Notes: generated from the letters alone by a model not told the origin. Shown: positions 28,582 through 37,842, counted from the first letter of the stretch. The stretch: 64,000 nucleotides of DNA from Candidatus Woesearchaeota archaeon (GCA_047602765.1 JBLKOL010000001.1:2273-66272); one strand, 5' to 3'. A program made the numbers and translations.

Positions 28582-29780
28582 TGCGGTTCGCCCACCTCGC
28601 AGACCTGCACTTGGGCGGTTGGCGTGATGAGAAGCTCAAAGCCCTCGGACTTGAAGCGTTCGAGCGAGCCGTCGATCTGATCATCGAAGAATCGCCTGAC
28701 TTCGTCGTCATCGCAGGCGATTTCTTCAACACAGCCCTTCCTGGCATCGAATCCGTCAAACACGCATCGGTACAACTATCCCGTCTGCGTACGGCAGGCA
28801 TCCCGGTATACTTGATCGCGGGCTCGCATGATTATTCTGCTTCGGGAAAGTCGATGCTCGACGTCCTTGAAGGAGCGGGATTGGCGCGCAACGTTCAGAA
28901 GGCGCGGTATGGTCGTGACGGTCGGATCGAGCTCGAATACACGGTTGACGAGAAGACCGGGGTGAAACTCGCAGGCCTACCGGGGAAGAAGGGAGCGCTC
29001 GAATCCCAGTACTACGACGTGCTCGACCGAGACGCAGCGGCACGAGAGTCGGGTGTGAAGATATTCTTGTTCCACATGCTCCTCTCAGAATTCAAACGAG
29101 CCAAAGACGATCAGATCCCTTCATCTCCGTCTTCGGTGCTCCCGCCGGGCTTCGCCTACTATGCGGGTGGCCACCCGCACCTCGTGGAGCACAAGCGCTT
29201 CGGCGAGGGTATCGTCGCGTATCCGGGTCCGCTCTTCCCCAACAACTTCGAAGAGCTCGAAGAGCTCGGCTCGGGTGGATTCTACTTCGTCGACCTCGGA
29301 TCGGGTTCGGTCGAGTGGAAGCGCATCCTGACGCGTCCCGTCGTTCGTATCGACGTATCCTTCGATGGTGATCCATCACAGCTCGAAGAACGGCTCGTCG
29401 AAGAGGTCGACCGTGAGCTCGCCGGCTCGATCGTGCTCGTACGCGCGTCAGGATCGCTCACCGGTCCGGTGTCGGAGGTCGACTGGTCTCGTATCGAGCG
29501 AAGAGCGTTCGAGCGTGGAGCCTATGCCTTCGCGAAGAACACCTACAAGCTCGCGGCTCGTACGTACGAGCGCGTCGATGTAGCAGTCTCACACGAGCAT
29601 CTCGAATCGCAGATCATCACCGAGTTCTCCGAGAAGGCCTCGGCTTCAGAAGTCCTCGGAGAGAATGCGTTTGAACGACTCTTTTCGACGCTCGCCAAGC
29701 ACAAGCATGAGGGTGAGACGAACGCTGACTTCGAGAAGCGCATTCTCGATGATTTCGAAGCTGAGTTCGGCGTTCGTTGA
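28581..29780 (+). CDS. mre11: Mre11-type metallophosphoesterase nuclease
   Basis: [32 protein letters not shown] phosphoesterase motifs, collinear with archaeal Mre11; start overlaps the herA stop. Confidence 0.85.
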   Translation: MRFAHLADLHLGGWRDEKLKALGLEAFERAVDLIIEESPDFVVIAGDFFNTALPGIESVKHASVQLSRLRTAGIPVYLIAGSHDYSASGKSMLDVLEGAGLARNVQKARYGRDGRIELEYTVDEKTGVKLAGLPGKKGALESQYYDVLDRDAAARESGVKIFLFHMLLSEFKRAKDDQIPSSPSSVLPPGFAYYAGGHPHLVEHKRFGEGIVAYPGPLFPNNFEELEELGSGGFYFVDLGSGSVEWKRILTRPVVRIDVSFDGDPSQLEERLVEEVDRELAGSIVLVRASGSLTGPVSEVDWSRIERRAFERGAYAFAKNTYKLAARTYERVDVAVSHEHLESQIITEFSEKASASEVLGENAFERLFSTLAKHKHEGETNADFEKRILDDFEAEFGVR

Positions 29781-29809
29781 TACCTCTAAGATGCGTTCGA
29801 GAACGCGTG

Positions 29810-30409
29810 TTATCTGGCGTTGAGAATGTCTTTAAGGATGTTCGTGAGATCTGGATCGGTGATACGTTCGAGTACGTACGTGAAGAAATCGTCCAGTCCT
29901 GTGTATCCGAGTGTTTCGTAGAGTCTTGCTTGGAGTGCCATTTCGAGACTGTCGATCTGTTTTACGAATCGTGCTTCGGGAGACTTCTGAAGTTCGTATT
30001 CCTCCCAGATAGTGATGTACTTCTGAGGATCAGCTAGGTGCGAGAAGACGCTCGTAACCCCGCGGCGCTCGTCTCGCGTCTTCTCGTCTCGGGAAACGTC
30101 GTCGTCCGGGGTAATATCGCCTACATGTATCTCTCCGATCTCGTGAAACAATCCGAGCATCATTACCTTCGTCGGATCCAAGTCAGAGCGGTATTCTTCA
30201 GCGATGATGTATCCGAGCAATGCAACTCCGAACGAGTGTTCCGCGACAGTTTCACAGTGGACTTCGGATACTCCTCTCTTGAGCCAGCCTTGCCGGTATA
30301 GATTCTTCAACTGAGCATATGCGAAGAACAACTCGCTCATCGGATGGCTGTGGCCCGATAATCCGCTCGTATGCTCATGCTTCATTCTCATAGGTATCGG
30401 GTGGTTCAC
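29810..30409 (-). CDS. HD-domain 5'-deoxynucleotidase (YfbR/HDDC2-like)
   Basis: LKNLYRQGWLKRG, AEHSFGVA, LFHEIGEIHVGDITP (HD written as HE); start 30409 or 30391. Confidence 0.8.
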   Translation of the reverse strand: MNHPIPMRMKHEHTSGLSGHSHPMSELFFAYAQLKNLYRQGWLKRGVSEVHCETVAEHSFGVALLGYIIAEEYRSDLDPTKVMMLGLFHEIGEIHVGDITPDDDVSRDEKTRDERRGVTSVFSHLADPQKYITIWEEYELQKSPEARFVKQIDSLEMALQARLYETLGYTGLDDFFTYVLERITDPDLTNILKDILNAR

Positions 30410-30540
30410 GCTCGTCTATAAAGGTACGCGGCTTATATGGTGAGGGATGGTTACGGATCTGGTGGGAGAACGGCGTCTGAGCGCATCAAACCTAGCTGAT
30501 ATTCTTGAGGCTCCGGTAGCACGAACATCGTTGTCCATAG

Positions 30541-30549
30541 CCTTAAATG
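30541..30549 (+). promoter_or_regulatory. TATA box for maf
   Basis: ccttaaatg 27 nt upstream of ATG 30571. Confidence 0.5.
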
Positions 30550-30570
30550 AGTAGAATACTCGGATATCGT

Positions 30571-31137
30571 ATGAGAATCATCCTGGCTTCGCAGTCTGCG
30601 TTCCGTAAGAGAGCGCTTGAGATCTTGGGAGTGCCGTTCGAGACGAGACCGCACACCGTTGATGAGCAGTCCATACGTGATGAGGATCCGTATGTTCTTG
30701 CACGGGTGCTGTCCGAAGCGAAGGCGAAGGATATCGGAAGCAGAGAGCAGGATGCGATCGTGATCGCCGGCGACCTCTTTGTCGTGTTCGAAGGGCGGAT
30801 CTACGAGAAGCCTGTTGACGATGACGAAGCGCTCGATATGCTCACTTCATTCTCTGCGAAGACGCTTGACATCATCGCGGGGGTCGCGGTATACAACTCG
30901 AAGACTGAACGCATGCTCTCGTCGGTCGAGACGTGTTCGGTAACCTTTCGCAGGCTTGAAGACTTCGAGATCGAAGACTACGTATCGCGGTATCCGGTGG
31001 AGACATTCGCCGCCGCTTTTGATGGTGACGGGTTGCTCCGGTTCGCAGACACGGTGCACGGCGCGTATCCGTTCCTCACCGGCTTCCCGCTCAGCGAACT
31101 CATCCGGCTTCTCAGAGAGAACGGATTGAGGGTGTAG
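30571..31137 (+). CDS. maf: Maf-like nucleoside triphosphate pyrophosphatase
   Basis: MRIILASQSAFRKRALEILGVPFE..., typical Maf N-terminus and length. Confidence 0.9.
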   Translation: MRIILASQSAFRKRALEILGVPFETRPHTVDEQSIRDEDPYVLARVLSEAKAKDIGSREQDAIVIAGDLFVVFEGRIYEKPVDDDEALDMLTSFSAKTLDIIAGVAVYNSKTERMLSSVETCSVTFRRLEDFEIEDYVSRYPVETFAAAFDGDGLLRFADTVHGAYPFLTGFPLSELIRLLRENGLRV

Positions 31138-31180
31138 GCGATCCGTATCGCGCGGGGTCCCAAGGTTCGCCTCAGAAACC

Positions 31181-31189
31181 GTTAAATAT
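31181..31189 (+). promoter_or_regulatory. TATA box for NDK-like gene
   Basis: aaaccGTTAAATAT, 27 nt upstream of ATG 31210. Confidence 0.5.
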
Positions 31190-31209
31190 GATTACTACTT
31201 GACAGTGGT

Positions 31210-31632
31210 ATGTCGCATGTGTTGGTGATGGTCAAACCCTGGGTCTTCCAAGACGCGCAGGCCATCCTCGATTAGTTAGATGCTCACGGCGTGAGACTCA
31301 AGACTGTTGTAGTCGATCGCGTACGTCTGGAAGAGATCGCGAATCACTATGAAGGTCACGAAGACAAACCGTACTATCGTGATATGATCACTGACTTTCT
31401 CGGACAACCCGTGTTGCTCGCTCTCTACGAAGCGGACCCTGCGCGATTCAACAGTCTCAAGGATGCGATCCGAGCGCACTATGCGCATTCGATTCCGCAG
31501 GGATCCACGCACGGGCGAAACGCCCTACATATCTCCGGTTCTGCCTCTGAAGGGCGCCGTGAATGCGACATATGGAGTTCCTATCTCGATCGAGCATCTG
31601 CCGTGGACTGCTCGTGTTCTTCACTGCACTGA
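31210..31632 (+). pseudogene. ndk: Nucleoside diphosphate kinase-like gene interrupted by an in-frame TAG (31273-31275)
   Basis: MSHVLVMVKP...ILD*LDAHGVRLK...HYEGHEDKPYY...GRNALHISGS aligns across the stop with NDK (ERTFVMVKPDGV...HYGEHEDKPFF...RNVIHGSD); promoter positions the TSS at 31210. Confidence 0.55.
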
Positions 31633-31695
31633 TGGAAGAACGTGCAGACGCCGTTATCGAGTTCGATCAGATAGGTTCCCACGAACACGCGTTCG

Positions 31696-32442
31696 ATGCT
31701 ATTGGTGTCGGTGTATGTGAGTTTCCAGAGCACGTTGTGTCGGTTTGCGCTGCTCGAGAACGCGACTATCATTCTCGGAAGATTCCTGCAATCGAGAGTA
31801 ATTGTTTTGAATCGAGCATGTCACGTAGTATTCGTGGAAATACAAGGAGATGTGTCTGAAGACGAGGTCGTAGCGGTCTTCTTGAAAGGAGAACTCGGAT
31901 CTCAGAGGTTTGGAGCGCATATACGTCAGCTTCTGGAACAGGATGGTAGAGGAACAGGTCTGGTGCTGCACCCTAATCTGCAGAGCGAGGAAGAGAATCT
32001 CTACAGAAGGTCGCTATTGGGGCTAACAAGAGGCTTCGGTATGAACAGGGATCTTTTCGAACGCTTCCCTGACGATGTCCGATGGAAGAATGCGCGTATT
32101 CCCAAGGAGGAGCTGGAGCGTGTGAAGTACATCAACTATAGCTATTGGAACGAAATCTCCAGGGGTACGCGTCTTCCACGGGACGCTGCGAAGAGAATAC
32201 TGAATGGAGATAGGGCTTACGGAGTGGGAAACGACGGTTTTTTCGAAATCTTATCAGCCATTAAGGAGAAGAGGGCTCTTCCGAGAATGATACTCGTTGC
32301 GAAGAGCAGAAGATCCAGGGTAGTTGTGTTAGAGGGACATGCGCGGTTGACCGCGTATTTCCTTGCACCAGATCATATTCCTCGTGTGATGGACGTTATT
32401 ATCGGTTTTTCTGATCGGATGCCTGAATGGGGACTCTACTAG
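31696..32442 (+). CDS. Hypothetical protein (up to 248 aa) in compositionally atypical segment
   Basis: Long ORF with AGA/AGG/ATA/TTA codons rare elsewhere in the window; conserved-looking block VKYINYSYWNEISRGTRLPRDAA; start uncertain. Confidence 0.5.
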   Translation: MLLVSVYVSFQSTLCRFALLENATIILGRFLQSRVIVLNRACHVVFVEIQGDVSEDEVVAVFLKGELGSQRFGAHIRQLLEQDGRGTGLVLHPNLQSEEENLYRRSLLGLTRGFGMNRDLFERFPDDVRWKNARIPKEELERVKYINYSYWNEISRGTRLPRDAAKRILNGDRAYGVGNDGFFEILSAIKEKRALPRMILVAKSRRSRVVVLEGHARLTAYFLAPDHIPRVMDVIIGFSDRMPEWGLY

Positions 32443-32518
32443 GCGCGTGCTTCCAACGATTGAGTTTCGAAGCATACAGTTCCCGTATGAGTTATAAGCT
32501 CGTTCTGTCTCGGAGGTA

Positions 32519-32779
32519 GTGATGGTATCTGCGCTCGCATGGTTCGTCGGGATGTCAGCGGCGGTTCTCAACACGAGTGGGTTGGTGCCTCAAGTCGTGA
32601 AAGGGTTCAGAACAAGGAGCTTGAAAGACCTGTCGTGGGGGTGGCTCGGTATCGCCGGGTCAGGCACGCTCTTGTGGATCGTCTATGCGCTGCTCGTGTC
32701 GGATCCGGTACTGTTGATCGCCAACGGTTTCACAGGGGTCTGTTATTGCCTTTTGGTGTACCAGAAAGTAGCCTTCTGA
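32519..32779 (+). CDS. SemiSWEET / PQ-loop (MtN3-like) 3-TM transporter
   Basis: 86 aa, three TM helices, PQ motif LVPQVVKGFRTRS. Confidence 0.75.
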   Translation: MMVSALAWFVGMSAAVLNTSGLVPQVVKGFRTRSLKDLSWGWLGIAGSGTLLWIVYALLVSDPVLLIANGFTGVCYCLLVYQKVAF

Positions 32780-32969
32780 GCCTGTGTGCTCGAGTAGTGG
32801 TGTATGGATCGTGCTAACGACATACGCTTGTCTGGTTCGATTCACACCTGATCGCATGTTTGCTGAATGAGTCTCATCCGTACTCATCCGTGATAGAGGA
32901 ATGCTGTTCGTAACCGGATACGATGCAATTTTCCTGGAACCATCCCCTGCGTGTGTCAGCCGATATATG

Positions 32970-33290
32970 TCAATCTGTTCGATCGGTCTCCTCTTCGCCT
33001 TCTTCACGCTCAGCATCCGGAGCCGTGTATGCTTCCATCGGTCCTCCTTCTTCGACGTAGCTGATCGCGGTTCCGTACGCTACTTTGATGCGTTCGAGGA
33101 GGGCTTTGGGGTCGTCGGTCGTGTAGGTTGCGATGATCGCTCCGAGTTCTACGCCGAAGCGCGTGTTCGCAACGTAGAGGGCTGATTCTGGTTTGGGGTC
33201 CTGTTCGAATATGTCGATGACCTGTTCGAGTCCTCCGTTCGGGTCGTATCCGAGCTGGTCTGCGTTGTAGGTTACGATGATCTCTTTCAT
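32970..33290 (-). CDS. Small acidic protein (106 aa) translationally coupled to subtilase
   Basis: ATGA overlap with subtilase stop (33287-33290); Glu-rich tail; no family recognised. Confidence 0.5.
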   Translation of the reverse strand: MKEIIVTYNADQLGYDPNGGLEQVIDIFEQDPKPESALYVANTRFGVELGAIIATYTTDDPKALLERIKVAYGTAISYVEEGGPMEAYTAPDAEREEGEEETDRTD

Positions 33291-34495
33291 AGTATGTACC
33301 TCCGTAGGATGTTGTTCGCCTGTGAGAGTGTTCGTGCGGCTACGCTTCGCTCCGAGGCGATGGCTCGATCCGCGCGTATGAGTCCGGCTCCGTATTCGAT
33401 CCACTCGCCTCGTTCTTCGGCGGTCCGTTTGAGTACTCCTTCAGGATCGTTCTCGGTTACGGCTCTGATCAAGGCGACGGCTCCAGCTACGTGCGGGGCT
33501 GCCATGCTCGTTCCTGAATGCGTCGCGTATCCCCCTCGTGGTTTGAGGCTGTAGATCGATACGCCCGGAGCGCTCACGTCGAGCGTCTTGTGCTTCGTGC
33601 TGAAATTCGCGCGTTCTTTGTTCTGGTCGAGCGCTGCTACGGATATGACGTGTTCGTATGCGGCGGGGTAGCTCGCTTCTTCGCGTCCGCTGTTTCCCGC
33701 TGCGGCTACGAGTACCACTCCTTTCTCGTGTGCGGCGTTTACGACGAGTTGGAAGGCCTGTGAGCGTCCTGGTCCTCCGAGGCTCATGTTGATAACGCCT
33801 GCATTTTTTCGTGTCGCCCAGTCGATTCCTCGCATGACGCTTCCATCACTTCCCGAACCGTAGTCGCTGAGGACCTTGACGGCGTAGAGCGTCGCTGCGC
33901 GTGCGACTCCGACCTTCTTTCCGGCTACGATCCCGGCGACGTGCGTTCCGTGTCCGTGCCGGTCGATCGGATCGCCTCCGCTGATCGCGTCGAACCCTTT
34001 CTCGCTCGTGAATCGTGCTGCGATCTCGGGGTGCGTGTAGTCAACACCGGTGTCGAGCACGGCGACCGATACGCCCGTTCCGTCCGAGTGTTTCTCGGCT
34101 TCTGGTTGTCCGATCATCGCGAGGTTCCAGAGCGTTTCGTCGTCCTGACTGCGCCTAGCGATGCCTTTCATCGGGTTGCTGGCTTCGATGGAGAGCAAAT
34201 CGTCGAGATTGAGGTCTTGTGCGAGCGTTGCGCTCTTACGCGCGCCGCTCCAGGCCGACACGAGATCGACGAGTCCCTTGTGGTCGGTCTTCACAACGGT
34301 AACGGGGGCGATATCGAGCGGGTATACCTCTGCGCTTCCCGAGAGGATCCGCGCGTAGCGTTCCTGTTCGCTGGGGGTTGATGTGAGCAGGACCTCCTTG
34401 GGCTTTGCGGCGAGCACTCGTGCGGCCTGGATGCTTCGTGCGATGCGTCTGAGCATACGGTAATGGTCATCTCGTTCTTCAAGAGCGCTTGTCAC
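33287..34495 (-). CDS. Subtilisin-like serine protease (S8), no obvious signal peptide
   Basis: Catalytic triad motifs VAVLDTGVD, HGTHVAGI, GTSMAAPHVAG. Confidence 0.9.
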   Translation of the reverse strand: MTSALEERDDHYRMLRRIARSIQAARVLAAKPKEVLLTSTPSEQERYARILSGSAEVYPLDIAPVTVVKTDHKGLVDLVSAWSGARKSATLAQDLNLDDLLSIEASNPMKGIARRSQDDETLWNLAMIGQPEAEKHSDGTGVSVAVLDTGVDYTHPEIAARFTSEKGFDAISGGDPIDRHGHGTHVAGIVAGKKVGVARAATLYAVKVLSDYGSGSDGSVMRGIDWATRKNAGVINMSLGGPGRSQAFQLVVNAAHEKGVVLVAAAGNSGREEASYPAAYEHVISVAALDQNKERANFSTKHKTLDVSAPGVSIYSLKPRGGYATHSGTSMAAPHVAGAVALIRAVTENDPEGVLKRTAEERGEWIEYGAGLIRADRAIASERSVAARTLSQANNILRRYIL

Positions 34496-34559
34496 ATCCC
34501 CTCGGAAAGTTTCCGTTCAAGTGCGGAAGAGGGATAAACGAGGGACGGCTGCTACAGGT

Positions 34560-35729
34560 ATGAACGTCTCTGCTGTGCCCGGTCTTGAGGAACTCGCTGA
34601 GAGAGTCGAAACGATCACCGGTTCGGTCTTGCGTGAACGAGAACAACTCGGACTTTCGGTCCCTGATCGCTTCAACGTACATGTGAGGTACTCTGGTTCG
34701 AGATATACGGCTGAAGCCAGTTTTAGTCTGCTCCGGCCGTCGATCGAAGTGAACGCGATACCGCTCGTGATTCCGGTGCTCGATACGGCAGATGCGAGTG
34801 CCCTTCATGATGTTACGAAATACTTCGGATACGTTCGCGAAGCCTTCGGGGAGGTACCCGACGAAACGGTTCTCTCGATCATCGAGGACCCTTCGCTCAT
34901 CGACCGGTTGGAGTCTTCGATGTCTCCAGAGGACTTGGTACATCTCGAGAAGCGGTTCGCCCAGCGAGGGGTCTCCTACGGGGATCTGAAAGAGATACTC
35001 GTGAAGGCTGCACCACTCGCTTCTGGTATCTTGCGCAAGACGAGAAGAAGGTTCGTTCAGGCGCTCGATGAGATCGAACTTGCGGTTTTCCGTCATGAGA
35101 TGGATCACGTCGACTTGTTCCGTGCAGGGTTCGCGAGCGTCTACAAGGCGTACAGAGGTAGTGCTTGGCGAGCGCAGAGGAGTTGGGAGGAGCGCGGTGA
35201 TGAGGAGAGTGCTAAGGCGCTCGCTGCGGCCAAGATGGGTTTTCTGAAAAAGATGATCCGGGTTGATCCTGTGTTCGAGACCCGTGCGTTGTTCTTCGAT
35301 CACGTGCCCGTTGATGGATGGCGCGATGCTGACTTCGATGCGGTTCGCGACGCGGTGATTGAAGACTACCGGACCACGTATATCGGTGAAGTGCGCCTAT
35401 CGGAGATAGTTGATGCTCTCGTATCGCGTGCATGGTCCGAAGGGAGAATGGATCACAAGACGTCGAGTTTCGTATTCTCCTCAGCGAACGCTCAACGTCA
35501 GGATTCGGTCTCCCATTCGTTATACGCTCGAGGCGAAACGGGTGTTGATCGTGCTGAAGCCGAACGGATCCTTAACGAAGAGCTTCCGCTGTGGAAGAAT
35601 GCCATGTTGGATAACGCTATCGATGCGGCAACGGTGTTCGCTGACGCGTACCGAGAAGATCCGCGCCGATTGCAGCGTGGTATGACCTCAACAGACGCAG
35701 GCGAGTATCTCGATGCGTGTCGATCATGA
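34560..35729 (+). CDS. Hypothetical protein with HExxH motif (putative zinc metallopeptidase)
   Basis: AVFRHEMDHVDLF; TATA-like gggataaac about 25 nt upstream of ATG 34560; divergent from subtilase. Confidence 0.55.
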   Translation: MNVSAVPGLEELAERVETITGSVLREREQLGLSVPDRFNVHVRYSGSRYTAEASFSLLRPSIEVNAIPLVIPVLDTADASALHDVTKYFGYVREAFGEVPDETVLSIIEDPSLIDRLESSMSPEDLVHLEKRFAQRGVSYGDLKEILVKAAPLASGILRKTRRRFVQALDEIELAVFRHEMDHVDLFRAGFASVYKAYRGSAWRAQRSWEERGDEESAKALAAAKMGFLKKMIRVDPVFETRALFFDHVPVDGWRDADFDAVRDAVIEDYRTTYIGEVRLSEIVDALVSRAWSEGRMDHKTSSFVFSSANAQRQDSVSHSLYARGETGVDRAEAERILNEELPLWKNAMLDNAIDAATVFADAYREDPRRLQRGMTSTDAGEYLDACRS

Positions 35730-36143
35730 TCGCTGCGCGAACAGATCGAACCTGTGCGTCCGATAGATTTCGGCGTCTTCGTGGAAATGCGTGTCGAGCG
35801 TGTCCGTGCACGTCTCGATGGGGATCCATTCGTAGTCGGTGTGTTCTTCGCTGAGGAGAACTTCCTCGCTGTTCGCAGTGCAGAGGAATATGAGCATGGT
35901 GATAGCCTGACCATCATCGCGTACGAAGTGGTGGACGTTCATCACGGTGCGGATCTCAACTTCGATCCCAGCTTCTTCCTTCGTTTCTCGGAGTAGTCCT
36001 TTATATGGGTCTTCTCCTGGTTCGAGCCGGCCACCGGGCAAATCCCAGACGCCGGGTTTGTGCGGGTCGTTCGATCGCCGTTTGATGATGAGCAGTCGCT
36101 CGTCTTTGACGACGAACGCTTTCACCGCGATCCGGAAGTCCAT
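35724..36143 (-). CDS. NUDIX hydrolase
   Basis: Nudix box GGRLEPGEDPYKGLLRETKEEAGIEV. Confidence 0.85.
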   Translation of the reverse strand: MDFRIAVKAFVVKDERLLIIKRRSNDPHKPGVWDLPGGRLEPGEDPYKGLLRETKEEAGIEVEIRTVMNVHHFVRDDGQAITMLIFLCTANSEEVLLSEEHTDYEWIPIETCTDTLDTHFHEDAEIYRTHRFDLFAQRS

Positions 36144-36226
36144 GGTGGTATGGGTGGAGTTTTGGTTATGAACCTTTCTTCCTTGGCGTTCAGAAGCGAT
36201 ATAAAGTGAGAATCGTCCCGTTGGGT

Positions 36227-36742
36227 ATGGAACCGCATCCCGCGCTCAGTGTGCTCATCGCCCTCGTGATAACGGTGCTCGCCGCTTCGTTCCTCTTCTC
36301 GGTGGGCAACGCAGTCTTCGTAGAACCTGAGTATGATGAGTACTGTTCGATCATGCCATATCCCGATCGGTTCGAGAACCTGACGAACGCGGAGCGTGAG
36401 GAACACGATCGTCAGTGGCGTGAGTGCCAACACGCGTTCCAGAACGCTCGTGATGAGCATCGCAACGCTGTCTTCTTCACCGTGACGATCCTCGCCGTGC
36501 TCGTGATCATCGGAGCTCTCGCATTGAGGCCTGACAAAGTCGACCTCACGTTCTACATCGTGTCGGGCGTTGTCTTCGGATCCCTGGCTGCGATCCTCGT
36601 ATCGACGATGCAGAACTGGGCGTCGTTCGGACGGCTACTGAGGCCGCTCGTCCTGTTCATTGAGATCGTCCTCGTCACGTTCGTAGCGTACCGGTTGTTC
36701 GCTTCGAAGGAGCACAAGGCGAAACGAAGAGATACGAAATGA
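36227..36742 (+). CDS. Membrane protein (171 aa)
   Basis: Four hydrophobic helices; ATG 24 nt after gatataaag TATA. Confidence 0.55.
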   Translation: MEPHPALSVLIALVITVLAASFLFSVGNAVFVEPEYDEYCSIMPYPDRFENLTNAEREEHDRQWRECQHAFQNARDEHRNAVFFTVTILAVLVIIGALALRPDKVDLTFYIVSGVVFGSLAAILVSTMQNWASFGRLLRPLVLFIEIVLVTFVAYRLFASKEHKAKRRDTK

Positions 36743-36773
36743 ACGGACACAGCAGTGCTCCGAGTATCTGGGC

Positions 36774-37115
36774 GTGATGACCTCCATCTTCATCATCAAG
36801 GCTGACCGAGTACTCCTTACGCGCCGCTATGACGATGAGTGTTGGCAGGCGTCGTGCACGGGCGCGGGTGATCCTGATGACGTGCTGTTCCGAGAACTGA
36901 GCATCACGACCCGTCTCGTTCGGTGCGCTCAGGACGTGTATCGTGGTGTAACCTCTGATCTGATCGCGACGACACATGAGGTTGATGAGATCGAATGGGT
37001 ACGCATCGAGGACCTTTCCCGATTCGTATCGCAGAACCGGTGTGATTCTGGGCTTGTTCCGGCTCTGAACGCATTGCTCGAAAGCCTTGGTTCTTCGCTG
37101 CGTATCACGCTTTGA
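36774..37115 (+). CDS. Nudix-fold-like protein with degenerate Nudix box
   Basis: IFIIKADRVLLTRR start and EIEWVRIEDL end are Nudix-like, but the box reads GAGDPDDVLFRELSITTRL (EE lost). Confidence 0.4.
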   Translation: MMTSIFIIKADRVLLTRRYDDECWQASCTGAGDPDDVLFRELSITTRLVRCAQDVYRGVTSDLIATTHEVDEIEWVRIEDLSRFVSQNRCDSGLVPALNALLESLGSSLRITL

Positions 37116-37821
37116 TCGTGCCGTCCTGCCAGTCTTTGATGATCTTGCGGCTGACACGGTCCATGTCGACGCCTCCTTTGCGGAGCATGCCGAGCTTCTG
37201 ACCGATCGCTTCGATCGTCTCGTAGGTATCCTCATGCGTTTCGACGCCGTAGTGCGCTTCTACGGCTCCTTCGAGCGCTCCGATGAGGTTCGAAGCGGCT
37301 GCTTCGGCATCTTTGACTTTGCTCGCATCGATCGCTGCTGCCTTGAGCCGTGTCGTGGGGTGCTGTCCTGCGAGCACACCCGGGGTGTCGACGAGCAGGA
37401 TCTTCGGCGAGATGCGGATGTGTTGGATGCCTTTCGTGTGTCCGGAGATCGGTGAGGTCGAGGCGGCGCGGCTTCCTTTGAGTGCGTTGATCAACGTCGA
37501 TTTTCCGGCGTTCGGAAGACCCACAACGCCCACAACGATTTCCTCTCCGTGGCCGATCTCCATGAGTTTGCGTACGAGCGCTCGGGTCGAGATGCGTTTG
37601 CTCGCTGAGACGGTGATGAAGGGCTTGAGACGGATCTCTTTGATGTCGCCGTCGAAGAGGTCGGCTTTGCTCAGTACGTAGAGGTATTTCTTGCCGGCGC
37701 GCTGCACTTCGGTTCTGATGAGCGAGAGGTCGACCTCCATCGCTGTTCTGATATCGACGATGATGAGTACGATGTCCGATTCTCGAATCACGCGGCGCAC
37801 GAGGGCGTTGTATGAGGGCAT
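37105..37821 (-). CDS. Circularly permuted GTPase (YlqF/RbgA-like ribosome biogenesis GTPase)
   Basis: G4 SKAD precedes G1 GLPNAGKST and G3 DTPGV. Confidence 0.85.
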   Translation of the reverse strand: MPSYNALVRRVIRESDIVLIIVDIRTAMEVDLSLIRTEVQRAGKKYLYVLSKADLFDGDIKEIRLKPFITVSASKRISTRALVRKLMEIGHGEEIVVGVVGLPNAGKSTLINALKGSRAASTSPISGHTKGIQHIRISPKILLVDTPGVLAGQHPTTRLKAAAIDASKVKDAEAAASNLIGALEGAVEAHYGVETHEDTYETIEAIGQKLGMLRKGGVDMDRVSRKIIKDWQDGTIKA

Positions 37822-37842
37822 ACGTGATGGGTGCGGTATCGT

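Noticed and set aside
30451-30654. 67-aa minus ORF in the HD-maf spacer
   Set aside because: It overlaps the maf start and promoter. The spacer's two TATA-like elements are explained by alternative starts of the HD gene (30409 or 30391) and by maf.
31273-31275. TAG in the ndk-like gene as pyrrolysine or genome-wide recoding
   Set aside because: TAG terminates htpX (199-201) and the 149-aa pilin-like gene (51866-51868) at positions matching the expected protein ends. No pyl genes are seen in the window.
34479-35303. 274-aa minus-strand ORF opposite the HExxH protein
   Set aside because: The plus-strand ORF is longer, has a TATA-spaced start, and shows acidic composition typical of this proteome. 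The minus product is Arg/His/Ser-rich.
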